From NCBI GenBank assembly GCA_002422525.1, contig DIWA01000015.1:33797-97796 (forward strand): a stretch of DNA of 64,000 bases, in the 5' to 3' direction. This DNA comes from Candidatus Hydrogenedentes bacterium UBA6118. Lineage in GTDB: Bacteria > Hydrogenedentota > Hydrogenedentia > Hydrogenedentales > SLHB01. The notes under the pieces are model-generated. The model worked only from the letters and a program-made list of their open reading frames with translations, did no database searches and had not been told where the DNA came from. Made by a program: the position numbers and the translations under genes. Every line of letters begins with the position of its first letter. The stretch's first letter is position 1. Of the stretch, positions 46,370-55,576 are shown piece after piece.

Positions 46370-48217
46370 TCAGCGATCGCGGATGCCGCGCAGGGCCTGG
46401 CGGATGTCGTCGATAGCGGCCTGGCCCATGCGGAACACCTCCGCGCGGTTGTCGACGATGACGAAGCGTTCGCGTGAGTTGTCGGGCGCGACGGCGCCGA
46501 CGCGCAGGGTCGGGAGAGCGACCGGGGCGTCCGCGTCTTCCTCCTGCACCGTGACGGTCAAGATGACCGTCGGGTCGTCGAGGCCGTAGGGCGCGAGGTC
46601 GGCGGGTCGCTGTTCGGCCTCGACCTTGCCCGCCTCGATGGCGCTGATCGCGTCGATGAGGGCGCGCATGTCGCTCTGGCGGTCCCAGACCTTGTCCTCC
46701 GGCGTACGGATGCGCCAGCTCTGGGTCGGCTTTTCGAAGACGTACGCTACGTCGTCGATGGTCAGGTCGATGCGAACGGCGGCGTCGGGCAGGAACGCGA
46801 CGAGTCGGCGCTGACGGAAGTCCGTCAGGCCCATGTTGAGGAGGATGTCGGCGTCGTCCTGGCCGACGACGATGATCTCGCCGGTGTCTTGCAGGCCGTA
46901 GCAGCCGTCGCCTTCGGGGGTGGGGGCGCCGAGGGCGAACACGGAGGGCTCCTGGTCGTCGCCGGTCTCGAGCGTGATGCGCACGCGCGGCGGGTTGAGT
47001 CCGTAGGAGCCGTTGTCGGGAGCGGCGGCGAACCGAATGGCCTCGCGCCGTGTGAAGCCGTTGAGGAACGTCGGCGTGGCGACGGGGTCGGCCTTCTCCT
47101 GGATGGGCTGGGTGATGTACCACATGTCGTCGTCGCGGCGCTCAAGGTGCACGGCGACGCCGTCGCGCTCGTAGATCAGCTCGCGGAGTCCGGCGACGGG
47201 CTGCGTGATGTATCGCCGGTCGCGGTAGGCGTCGGGCGTCTTGGGGAACAGGGTCTGGATACCGGCGTCCACGGTGAAGACGGCCGGGGCGTCGGCGCGT
47301 TTGGCGAAGAGGCGGGCCTGCTCGCCCTCACGATCGAGGGAACCGAAGTAGAGCGTCTGCGGGGGCGCGTCGGGGCCGGTCTTGACGGTGAGGCGCGCAC
47401 TGGGCGGGTCGAGGCCGTAGTCGGAGAGGGCTTCGGGCTCATCGATGAAGCCCTGGCAGCGCTCGCTCTGGAGGAGGGTGATGAGCTGGGCGAGCGTGCG
47501 CATGTCGGCGGGGCCCTGCGCGGGCGAGGTCATGCGCCAGTTGCCGTCGCCCTGGTGTTCGACGGCGACGACAAGGGACTCCTCGCCGGGCTCGATTCCG
47601 GGATCCGGTTCATCCCCTTGGAGGCCCTGCCAGATCCACGCGAACTCGACGCCCTGGATGCCAGCGTCGCCGGGGTCGACCATGTAGTGGTAGCGCAGGA
47701 GCGAGAGGTCGCGGTTCAGCTCGAAGAACGCAGCTTCGTCGGCGAGAATCACCGGGCCGTCGTCGACGCGGGCGTAGCGGTTCGTCTGGGTCGGGCCGGC
47801 CTTTCCAAAGATGACGGTGTGCGTCTCGTTTTCGCGGGTCTCGCACTGCACGGTAAGCGTGGGCTCGTGCAGCCCGCGCTCCTCGAGGTCCTCGTCCGAG
47901 GGGTCTTCGAGCACGATGCGCTGGGCGAGGAGGCCGGCGAGATGCTCGCTGAGGCGGTTCCAGAGGGCGGTGTAGGCCCGGAGGGGGTACGGTTCGGTGA
48001 TGGCCCATTCGCCGTCGTCGTCACGGACGCCGACCGTGGGCCGTTTGTCCTCTTGTTGCACGCTGACCTGACGCAGATCCTCGGGTTCGAAGGCGAACAC
48101 GCGTTGCGAGGCGATGACCTGCTTCTTGGCCTCGTCGCGGTAGCGCACCATGCCGTAGTAGGCCAGGCACAGGAGCAGCAAGACCAGGAGGAGGGCGATG
48201 GTGGTCCGAGGCTTCAT
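46370..48217 (-). CDS. DUF4340-domain protein (Gld-type ABC system accessory)
   Basis: N-terminal TM MKPRTTIALLLVLLLLCLAYYG. Repeated YGLD.P motifs (SDYGLDPPSARLTV, GSYGLNPPRVRITL, APYGLDDPTVILTV). It lies immediately downstream of the GldG-like gene with a 4-nt overlap. Confidence 0.6.
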   Translation of the reverse strand: MKPRTTIALLLVLLLLCLAYYGMVRYRDEAKKQVIASQRVFAFEPEDLRQVSVQQEDKRPTVGVRDDDGEWAITEPYPLRAYTALWNRLSEHLAGLLAQRIVLEDPSDEDLEERGLHEPTLTVQCETRENETHTVIFGKAGPTQTNRYARVDDGPVILADEAAFFELNRDLSLLRYHYMVDPGDAGIQGVEFAWIWQGLQGDEPDPGIEPGEESLVVAVEHQGDGNWRMTSPAQGPADMRTLAQLITLLQSERCQGFIDEPEALSDYGLDPPSARLTVKTGPDAPPQTLYFGSLDREGEQARLFAKRADAPAVFTVDAGIQTLFPKTPDAYRDRRYITQPVAGLRELIYERDGVAVHLERRDDDMWYITQPIQEKADPVATPTFLNGFTRREAIRFAAAPDNGSYGLNPPRVRITLETGDDQEPSVFALGAPTPEGDGCYGLQDTGEIIVVGQDDADILLNMGLTDFRQRRLVAFLPDAAVRIDLTIDDVAYVFEKPTQSWRIRTPEDKVWDRQSDMRALIDAISAIEAGKVEAEQRPADLAPYGLDDPTVILTVTVQEEDADAPVALPTLRVGAVAPDNSRERFVIVDNRAEVFRMGQAAIDDIRQALRGIRDR

Positions 48218-49899
48218 TGATACTTGCTCCGCAGGAAGTAGACGGCGATGCCGGCGAGCGCGACGACGTGCAGCAGCCCGAGGCTGGCGAGCCAGGCGAC
48301 GATCTGCTCATCCAGGGGGGTCATCATGATCGGGGGGTTCTCTTCGCCGACGGCGCGCATGCCGATCAACTCCTCCGACTCGCTCAGCCAGGCGAAGGTG
48401 TTCATGATGAGGTTGCCCGTGCTGACGATGTGCTGGTTGTCGGCCATGTCGAGGTTGCCCATGACGACGATGCGCGCGTCGCGGGTGAGGCCGGTGTCGC
48501 CTATGGGGGTCTCGGTCGGGATGGTGACGGCGGCGGCGATCGGCACGGGACCGGCGCGTTCGTCGGGGTCCTGGTTCACGCGGGGATTATCGGGGTCGCG
48601 CAGCTCGTCGAGGTTGGTCTCGGCCCAGGTGTTGGGCGTGCTGAAGAGGAGCTCTTCGCCGACGATGCCATCCGGCAGGGGATCGGTGAGCGCGACGCTG
48701 CGCACGCCGCCCCGGAGTTGCAGGTTCTGGGCCATCGAGCGGGTGATCGGGTGGTCGTCGTTGTACGAGCCGCGTCGTTCGGCGCCGCCGGCGGCGCCGA
48801 AGTCGGGCACGAGCCAGACTTCGCTGAGGTGTTCGCGGGAGAAGATGACGTCGTCGCCGACGCGGACGCCGCAGCGGCGTTCGAGCCAGGGGCGGAACTG
48901 CTCATGGGCGGCGACGCCGTTGGGGCGGTCGACGATCCAGAAGTCGAAGAAGGTGAGGATGCGGCCGCCGCGTTGGACGTATTCCTGGAGCGCCTGGATC
49001 TCGGAGGGATGCAGGTCCTTGTTCTGGCCGAGCATGACGAGGATGGAGCAGTCGCTGGGGATAGCGGTCTCGGCGGGCGTCATGGTCAGGCGTTCGATCA
49101 CGTACGACTCGGCCTGGAGCAGTTGCTGCAGGCCCGAGAAGCCGATCTTCGGATCGGGGTCGCCGATGTCCTGTTCGCCATGGCCCTGCAGGAAGTAGAC
49201 CTTCGGTTCGGCGTCGCGGACGACGTTGATCAGGCTGTTGGTGAAGTCGCGCTCTTCGAGGCGGGGACTGACGCCCTGGAACGGGATCACGCGCGTGCGG
49301 GAGCCGCACCTTACCACGACGGTGCCTTGGGTCGAGACGCGACGGAGCCCGAGCTGCGCCAGGATCATCGGGTCGCGTTCGGGATCGACGAAGCGCACGT
49401 TGAGGAAGCCGGTGAGGGCTTGGCACCGCTCGAGGAAGCGGCGGGTCTTGTCGCGCGACACGGCGACCTCGCTGTCGGCGGCCGACACGAACAGGCCGTA
49501 GACCTCGACCTCCTTGTCGAGGCTCTCGAGGATCTGGACGGTCTGCGGGGCGAGCTCCTGGCGTCCCTCGCGCGTCAGGTCCCAGGAGGCCTGGGTGCTG
49601 CGGGCGAAGGCGAAGATCACGATGCAGATGAGGAAGACGACGACCGAGGCGAGCACGGCGTTGGCGCTTGCGCCGGCTCCGAAGCGGCCGGAGACGGGAG
49701 CGCCGAACAGCCTGGCCATGCTGAAGATCATCCAGACGAGACCGAGGAAGAGACCGAGAGCGCCCGGCACGACCACCCACGCCGTGAACAGGGTCTGCTT
49801 GAGCAGCAGGAAGTTGAGGGCGATGTCGAGCAGGATGATCGAGAGGATGCCGATGATCCAGGTGAATCGCGCTTCGCGTCTCACGATACCGCCCTCCAT
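48214..49899 (-). CDS. GldG-like ABC transporter auxiliary component
   Basis: 561 aa, with N- and C-terminal TM anchors flanking a large periplasmic domain. It sits between the ABC-2 permease and DUF4340. Confidence 0.6.
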   Translation of the reverse strand: MEGGIVRREARFTWIIGILSIILLDIALNFLLLKQTLFTAWVVVPGALGLFLGLVWMIFSMARLFGAPVSGRFGAGASANAVLASVVVFLICIVIFAFARSTQASWDLTREGRQELAPQTVQILESLDKEVEVYGLFVSAADSEVAVSRDKTRRFLERCQALTGFLNVRFVDPERDPMILAQLGLRRVSTQGTVVVRCGSRTRVIPFQGVSPRLEERDFTNSLINVVRDAEPKVYFLQGHGEQDIGDPDPKIGFSGLQQLLQAESYVIERLTMTPAETAIPSDCSILVMLGQNKDLHPSEIQALQEYVQRGGRILTFFDFWIVDRPNGVAAHEQFRPWLERRCGVRVGDDVIFSREHLSEVWLVPDFGAAGGAERRGSYNDDHPITRSMAQNLQLRGGVRSVALTDPLPDGIVGEELLFSTPNTWAETNLDELRDPDNPRVNQDPDERAGPVPIAAAVTIPTETPIGDTGLTRDARIVVMGNLDMADNQHIVSTGNLIMNTFAWLSESEELIGMRAVGEENPPIMMTPLDEQIVAWLASLGLLHVVALAGIAVYFLRSKYQ

Positions 49900-50717
49900 C
49901 TGCGCGCGTCGAGCACCCGGAACGTCAGGAACAGGAAGAATCCGGTGACCAGCAGGTAGTAAGCAATGTCTTGGGGTTCAACGATGCCTTGCGCCATGTT
50001 GCGCGCGTGGGCGTCGATCGGCAGCTCGAGCACGAGTTGTCGGAAGACGCGGTAGAAGAACCCAACGGCGAGGCGGGCTTGTTCGGGCCAGGCGTCGGGC
50101 GCGGGGTTCCCTTCGGCGAGGTCCTTGCCGAGGGACCCGAGCACGTAGGAGACGAAGAAGGCGCCGAAGGAGATGGTGGCGGCGCTGACGGGCGACCGCG
50201 TGAAGGAGGACACGAACAGGCCGATGCTGAGGAAGGCGGCGGACATCATGAACACGGCGAGGAGCCCGAAGATGAGCACGGCCGGCTCGACGGGGGCGTA
50301 GTATGCGACGATGCCGAGATGAACCGCCACGGAGCTCATCATGACCAGGGCGACGCCCAGCGAGGCGAGATACTTGCCAAGGATGATGTCGCGATCGCGG
50401 AGGGGATAGGTGAGCAACAGCTCCATCGTGCCGCGGTTGCGCTCTTCCGCGAGCAGCCACATGGTGATCAGCGGGGCGAGGAAGAGCATGACCTGGCCGG
50501 TGAAAACCAGATAGGGGCTGAGCATCACCTCTTCAAGATCCGGCACGGCGGGGTAGTTGAAGTCGGCGGGGGATCGGGTGATTCGCGAGAAATAGAGGAA
50601 ACTCGCGACAAACCCGAGCCCGGTGATCAGCGTATAGGCGCCGACGACGATGTATCCCATCGGTGTGATGAAGTAGCTCGCGAACTCGCGTCGGCACACC
50701 GCCCACATCCCATGCAT
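49881..50717 (-). CDS. ABC-2 type transporter permease (GldF-like)
   Basis: 278 aa with six predicted TM helices. Overlaps the neighbouring genes at both ends. Confidence 0.7.
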   Translation of the reverse strand: MHGMWAVCRREFASYFITPMGYIVVGAYTLITGLGFVASFLYFSRITRSPADFNYPAVPDLEEVMLSPYLVFTGQVMLFLAPLITMWLLAEERNRGTMELLLTYPLRDRDIILGKYLASLGVALVMMSSVAVHLGIVAYYAPVEPAVLIFGLLAVFMMSAAFLSIGLFVSSFTRSPVSAATISFGAFFVSYVLGSLGKDLAEGNPAPDAWPEQARLAVGFFYRVFRQLVLELPIDAHARNMAQGIVEPQDIAYYLLVTGFFLFLTFRVLDARRWRAVS

Positions 50718-51676
50718 CAGGCAGACTCCCTTTCTGCGTCGGAGGCTCCGGCGGGCCTGGGTTCCTTCGTGATCGATTCCACGAACACATCCTCGAGCGT
50801 GCGCTGTCGCGTGGTCAGCGATCGCAGTCCGATGCCGCCGGAGACGAGGGCGCGGCCGATGGGGACGCGCGGGTCGGCGCCGGGCTTGGCGTGCACGACG
50901 TAGCGGTCGGCGCCCTCGCGCTTCGCGTCCTCGACCCCCGCAATGGCGCGCAGGGCTTCCAATATCGCCGCTTCGTCTCCCGTCGCCTCGATTTCGATGA
51001 TCATCCCCGCGCCCGCGCCCGCGAGCGAGGCCATGGACTCCTCGGCGACGAGGCGGCCCTGATGGATGATGAGGACGCGGCCGCAGACCATGGCCACCTC
51101 GGGCAGGATGTGCGAACTGAGGAGGATGGTGTGCTGGGCGGCGAGCGACACGATCATGTTGCGGATCTCGATGATCTGGCGGGGGTCCAGGCCGACGGTC
51201 GGCTCGTCGAGGATGAGGACCGGGGGGCTGTTGACGAGGGCCTGCGCGAGGCCCACGCGCTGGCGGTAGCCCTTCGAAAGGTTGCGGATGGTGCGGCGGC
51301 CCATGTCGGCGAGGCCGCAGTGTTCGAGGACGCGGTCGATCTCGGCGCCGATGCGGTCGCGCGCGACGGCCTTGACGCTGGCGGCGTAGCGCAGGAACCC
51401 GCGGACGGTCATCTCCGGATAGAGGGGGACGTTCTCGGGCAGGTAGCCGACGCGGCGCTTGACCTCGAGGGGGTCGGTCGCGACGTCGAACCCGGCGATT
51501 CGGGCGGTTCCGGACGTGGCGGGCATGTAGCCGGCGAGCACGCGCATGGTGGTGGACTTGCCCGCGGCGTTGGGCCCGAGGAAGCCTACGATCTCGCCTT
51601 GCGCCACGTGGAACGAGACGTCCTGCACGGCGGCGATGGGGCCATAGGACTTGGTGAGGTTTTGGACTTCGATCAT
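50717..51676 (-). CDS. ABC transporter ATP-binding protein (GldA-like)
   Basis: ATG at 51674-51676 (MIEVQNLTKSYG). Walker A GPNAAGKSTT, signature LSKGYRQRVGLA, Walker B ILDEPTVGLD. The track ORF extends 85 codons further upstream through an Arg/Pro-rich frame. Confidence 0.85.
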   Translation of the reverse strand: MIEVQNLTKSYGPIAAVQDVSFHVAQGEIVGFLGPNAAGKSTTMRVLAGYMPATSGTARIAGFDVATDPLEVKRRVGYLPENVPLYPEMTVRGFLRYAASVKAVARDRIGAEIDRVLEHCGLADMGRRTIRNLSKGYRQRVGLAQALVNSPPVLILDEPTVGLDPRQIIEIRNMIVSLAAQHTILLSSHILPEVAMVCGRVLIIHQGRLVAEESMASLAGAGAGMIIEIEATGDEAAILEALRAIAGVEDAKREGADRYVVHAKPGADPRVPIGRALVSGGIGLRSLTTRQRTLEDVFVESITKEPRPAGASDAERESA

Positions 51677-51985
51677 GTCTTTCCGTCCAGGTCGCGCACC
51701 CGGCGGGCGGCGCCGCGCGTTGGGCCCGGCTCCCGCGTCTTGAATGCGTACGGATGCACCGGGCCGGACGTTGACGGCAAGTGGGCCGGCGTGCGCTCGA
51801 CGAGGCGTCTGCGTTCCCCCGGTTGGTTCGACCGGCTGTGTGCGCGGCAATGATAGCAGGGGGCGTCGGTCGGCCACAATCCGGCGTCGAGCTGGACGGA
51901 GACGGCGGCGCAAAACGAGGCCGGAACGCAAGGGGAAAACGGCGCCTTGCGTTCCGGCTGCAAGAGAGTGCGGCCGAGGCCGCGC

Positions 51986-52369
51986 TTACTGGGCGAGCTT
52001 GGCCTTGATCGTGGAAACAAGGGTCTTGGGATCGATGGGCTTCTGGAAGATGCCCGCCAGACCGAGGTCGCGCGCGTCGAGGTTGTAGCGGACGGTGTCG
52101 CCGGCGCTGCTGAGCAGGTAGATGGGTCCGGCGTACCCGGCATCCTTCATTTTCTGCGCGGCGACGGCGCCCGCGTCGACCGTCTCCATCATGAGGTCGA
52201 CGATGACGGCGTCAGGATTGATGCGCTGGGCGATCTTAACGCCTTCTTCGCCGGAGGCGGCTTCGCCGACCATGAAGCCTTCGGCTTCGAGCACCATCCG
52301 CAGCGCGGCGCGGATATCCGGATCGTCGTCGATGGTGAGGACCGTTTTCTTCTGGCTACCGCTATCCAT
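51986..52369 (-). CDS. single-domain response regulator (CheY-like)
   Basis: ATG at 52367-52369 has a GGAAGGAGA RBS. MDSGSQKKTVLTIDDDPDIRAAL..., phospho-acceptor in VIVDLMMETVD, and the conserved K in FQKP. The track ORF is longer. Confidence 0.75.
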   Translation of the reverse strand: MDSGSQKKTVLTIDDDPDIRAALRMVLEAEGFMVGEAASGEEGVKIAQRINPDAVIVDLMMETVDAGAVAAQKMKDAGYAGPIYLLSSAGDTVRYNLDARDLGLAGIFQKPIDPKTLVSTIKAKLAQ

Positions 52370-52829
52370 AGTTGGTCTCCTTCCACGTTCGCACCTTTTC
52401 GATGACGAACGCGACAGCTTCTTCGAGGTTGGCTTGGGCCCGCGGGGTGAGGCCTTCGACGAAGTCGAAGTCGTACCCGCGAATCCCCAGCGTCCACGCC
52501 TTGGGCGCGGCGCTGAAGTGGTCCTCGCAGATGGCGAGGATGGCCTCGGGGGACACCGCGTGGCTCGTGAACTCGATAGACGATGCGGGGCGCACGGGCT
52601 TGAGCTCGAGGGGCTCGGGCCCGCTCTCGGCGGCATCGACGAACAGGACGTGGTCGTGTCCGGCGATGGCCGCGCCGTCTTCGATGTTCAACTGGTAGTC
52701 GGAGTCGAGCACTACATCGGGGATGCGGAGGCTCTCGAGCCGGGCTACCAGGGCGGGCCCCAGGCCGTCGTCGCGACGGCCCGGGTTCCCGTATCCGAGG
52801 ATGTACGCCGTGGCCACGGGGCTGGTCAC
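52362..52829 (-). CDS. hoxW: [NiFe]-hydrogenase maturation endopeptidase (HoxW/HycI family)
   Basis: 155 aa. Metal ligands are the N-terminal D/E, the D in VLFVDAAESG, and the H in EFTSHAVSP. It lies immediately downstream of the large subunit gene. Confidence 0.8.
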   Translation of the reverse strand: MTSPVATAYILGYGNPGRRDDGLGPALVARLESLRIPDVVLDSDYQLNIEDGAAIAGHDHVLFVDAAESGPEPLELKPVRPASSIEFTSHAVSPEAILAICEDHFSAAPKAWTLGIRGYDFDFVEGLTPRAQANLEEAVAFVIEKVRTWKETNYG

Positions 52830-54277
52830 CCGCGGAGTTTCTCGTCGACGACTTCGCCGTCGGGTCCGACGAGCTGGACCTGGAGCCGCATCTTGCCCAG
52901 GGCGTGGGTGGCGCAGCTCAGGCAGGGGTCGTAGGCGCGGATGCCGACCTCGACGTGGTTGAGGAGGCCTTCCGTGATCTCCTTGCCTTCGAGGTACTGC
53001 TTCGCGACGACGTTGACGGCGCGGTTCATCGCCTCGTTGTTGTTGGTGGTGGAGACGATGAGGTTGGCGCGCGTGATCTGGTCGGTCTGGTTGTTGACCT
53101 CGTAGTGGTGGAAGAGCGTGCCGCGCGGGGCCTCGATAATGGCGATGCCCTCGGGCCGCTTCTCGCCGGCGACCACCAGGTCTTCGCTCTGGAGATCGGG
53201 GTCGTTGAGCAGTTCGCGGATCTTCTCAGCCGAGTGCAGCGTTTCGATCATGCGCGCCCAGTGGTACGCCATGGTGGCGTTGATCGGCTTGCCGCCGCCG
53301 AGCGCCATGAACTCCTGGCGTTCCTGTTCGGCGAGGGGCGTGTCGATGAAGTCGCAGTTGTTGACGCGGGCGAGCGGCCCGACGCGGTACCAGCCGTTTT
53401 CCTTTCCGAGGGAGCGGATGAAGGGGAACTTCATGTAGCTCCAGGGGCGGACTTCCTCGCCGATGTACTTGAGGTAGTCGGCAGGAGCGACCTGGTCGAA
53501 GATGATGTTGCCATCGGCATCTTTCGCGCGGAGCTTGCCGTCGTAGAGGTCCATGCAGCCGTCTTCGCGGACGATGCTGAGATGGTTGGACGGGAAGGAG
53601 CCGAACTCGAGCAGCGTCTGGCCGCCGGCCTTGGTGATCTTCTTGCAGAGCGCCAGGCCTTCGACCGACCACTGGACCATGGTGTCGGCGTCCTTGAGCA
53701 GGAAGTCGCGCTCTTCGATGGAGAGCGGCTTGTTGACGCCGCCCGGGATGGCGCCGGTGCCGTGGATCTTTTTGCCCGCGGTCGCCTTGATGACTTCCTG
53801 GCCGTACTTGCGCATGAGCACGGCCTGTTTGGCGACATCGGGGTAGGCCTGGATGACGCCGATGACGTTGCGCTTCTCGACGGGCGCGTCGAACCCGAAG
53901 AGGAGGTCCGGCGACGCGAGGTGGAAGAAGTGCAGGGCATGCGACTGGAAGGTCTGGCCGTAGTGCATGAGCCTGCGGATCTTCTCGGCGGCGGGAGTGA
54001 GCTTATCGGCGCCGACGATGACGTCGGTGGCCTTCGCGGCGCAGAGGTGGTGGCTGACGGGGCAGATGCCGCACAGCCGTTGCACCATGACGGGGGCTTC
54101 CCAATAGAAGCGCCCCTGCACGAAGCGTTCGAATCCGCGGAACTCGATGATGTGGAACCGGGCTTGCTCCACGTTTCCGGCGGCGTCGATGTGAATGGTC
54201 ACCTTGCCGTGGCCTTCAACGCGGGTCACGGGATTGATGACGATCTTTCTTTTGCCCGTATCAGCAGCAGTTGCCAT
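52826..54277 (-). CDS. hoxH: bidirectional [NiFe] hydrogenase large subunit (group 3)
   Basis: N-terminal RLCGICPVSHH (L1 motif, Ni ligands) and C-terminal DPCLSCATH (L2 motif). These are followed by the 24-aa extension ALGKMRLQ..., which is removed by the maturation protease. Confidence 0.9.
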   Translation of the reverse strand: MATAADTGKRKIVINPVTRVEGHGKVTIHIDAAGNVEQARFHIIEFRGFERFVQGRFYWEAPVMVQRLCGICPVSHHLCAAKATDVIVGADKLTPAAEKIRRLMHYGQTFQSHALHFFHLASPDLLFGFDAPVEKRNVIGVIQAYPDVAKQAVLMRKYGQEVIKATAGKKIHGTGAIPGGVNKPLSIEERDFLLKDADTMVQWSVEGLALCKKITKAGGQTLLEFGSFPSNHLSIVREDGCMDLYDGKLRAKDADGNIIFDQVAPADYLKYIGEEVRPWSYMKFPFIRSLGKENGWYRVGPLARVNNCDFIDTPLAEQERQEFMALGGGKPINATMAYHWARMIETLHSAEKIRELLNDPDLQSEDLVVAGEKRPEGIAIIEAPRGTLFHHYEVNNQTDQITRANLIVSTTNNNEAMNRAVNVVAKQYLEGKEITEGLLNHVEVGIRAYDPCLSCATHALGKMRLQVQLVGPDGEVVDEKLRG

Positions 54278-54298
54278 GAGTTGTGGTCTCCGTGGAGC

Positions 54299-54838
54299 TT
54301 AGTCGTACTTGACCATTTCGTAGGGTAGGTCGAGCGGCTTGCCGGAAAGCAGCGCCGTCAATGCGGCCCAGATCACGTCCGCTGAGGGCGGGCAGCCGGG
54401 CAGGAAGTAGTCGATCTTGACCACCTCGTGGCAGGGGTAGACCTTGTCCAGGAGGATGGGGATGTCGGGATCGTCCGGGATTTTGCCGTCGACCACGGTC
54501 GGTCCGTCGATAAAGGCTTCCTGCAGGCACTCGCGCAGGGGCACGGTGTTGCGGATCGACGGGACGCCGCCGGTGACGGCGCAAGCGCCGAGGGCGATGA
54601 GGATCTTGCAGTTCTCGCGGAACATGCGCAGGAACTCGACGTTTTCGTCGTTGCTGACCCCGCCCTCGACGAGTCCGATGTCGACGGGGCGGGAGAAGCG
54701 TTTGATGTCATTGATGGGCGACTTGTCGAATTCGACGAGCTCGACGAGGTCGAGGATGCGTTCGTCGATGTCGAGGATCGACATGTGGCAGCCGAAGCAA
54801 CCGGTGAAGTGGCCCGTCGCAACGAGTGGTTTGGCCAT
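54299..54838 (-). CDS. hoxY: [NiFe] hydrogenase small subunit (group 3, HoxY-type)
   Basis: 179 aa. Proximal-cluster cysteines GCFGCH...GACAVTGG...GCPP. The short form lacks the medial and distal cluster domain, typical of HoxY. Confidence 0.85.
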   Translation of the reverse strand: MAKPLVATGHFTGCFGCHMSILDIDERILDLVELVEFDKSPINDIKRFSRPVDIGLVEGGVSNDENVEFLRMFRENCKILIALGACAVTGGVPSIRNTVPLRECLQEAFIDGPTVVDGKIPDDPDIPILLDKVYPCHEVVKIDYFLPGCPPSADVIWAALTALLSGKPLDLPYEMVKYD

Positions 54839-54859
54839 GAGTCTAGCCCCTTTCTTCGA

Positions 54860-55576
54860 TTACTTGGCCGAGCGCGACCGTTCGATCTCGGAACCGATGG
54901 GTTCGTGGTCGTACTTGCGTTGGCCCACCGGGATGGCGAAGCCTTTGCGCTTGAGCATGATGCATCCCGTGGGGCAGACCTCGGCGGCCTTGTCGGCGGC
55001 GGCGAGGTTGGTCTCGCCGAGGTTGTGGGGGGCGTCGACGCTGATGCGCTTATGGACGCCGCGGCCTTCGAAGCCGAAGACGACCTTGTGGTCAACCTCT
55101 CGGGAGGCGCGGGCGCATCGGCCGCAGAGGATGCAGCGGTCGCGGTCGACGTAGACGTCCTTGTGGGAAGCGTCGAGTTCGCGTTCGCAGCGGAAGTAGG
55201 GAAGCGTGGGCGCCAGCAGGCCCAGGCGATAGGCCATGGCCTGCAGCTCGCAGTTGCCGCTGTGTTCGCAGGTGGGGCAGTAGTGGTTGCCCTCGACGAA
55301 GAGCATCTCGACGATGCGGCGGCGGTGGTCGTTGAGCTCCTCGGTGTCGTTCTCGACGACGAGGCCCTCATCGGCCGGGAAGGTGCACGAGCTGGCGGGG
55401 CGGCCGTTAATCTTGACCGTGCACAGGCGGCAGTGGCCGCCGGGCGGCAGCGAGGGGTGGTAGCAGAGCCGGGGGATGTAGATGCCGGCATCGTCCGCCG
55501 CCTGCAGGATGGTCTGCCCGGCCTTGGCCGTGATCTCCACGCCGTCGATGGTGAAGGTGACTGGTTTGTCGCTCAT
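54860..55576 (-). CDS. hoxU: diaphorase iron-sulfur subunit HoxU (NuoG N-terminal-like)
   Basis: 2Fe-2S motif C-x10-C-x2-C (CYHPSLPPGGHCRLC). 4Fe-4S motifs CPTCEHSGNC and CILCGRCARASRE...CPTGC. Confidence 0.85.
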   Translation of the reverse strand: MSDKPVTFTIDGVEITAKAGQTILQAADDAGIYIPRLCYHPSLPPGGHCRLCTVKINGRPASSCTFPADEGLVVENDTEELNDHRRRIVEMLFVEGNHYCPTCEHSGNCELQAMAYRLGLLAPTLPYFRCERELDASHKDVYVDRDRCILCGRCARASREVDHKVVFGFEGRGVHKRISVDAPHNLGETNLAAADKAAEVCPTGCIMLKRKGFAIPVGQRKYDHEPIGSEIERSRSAK

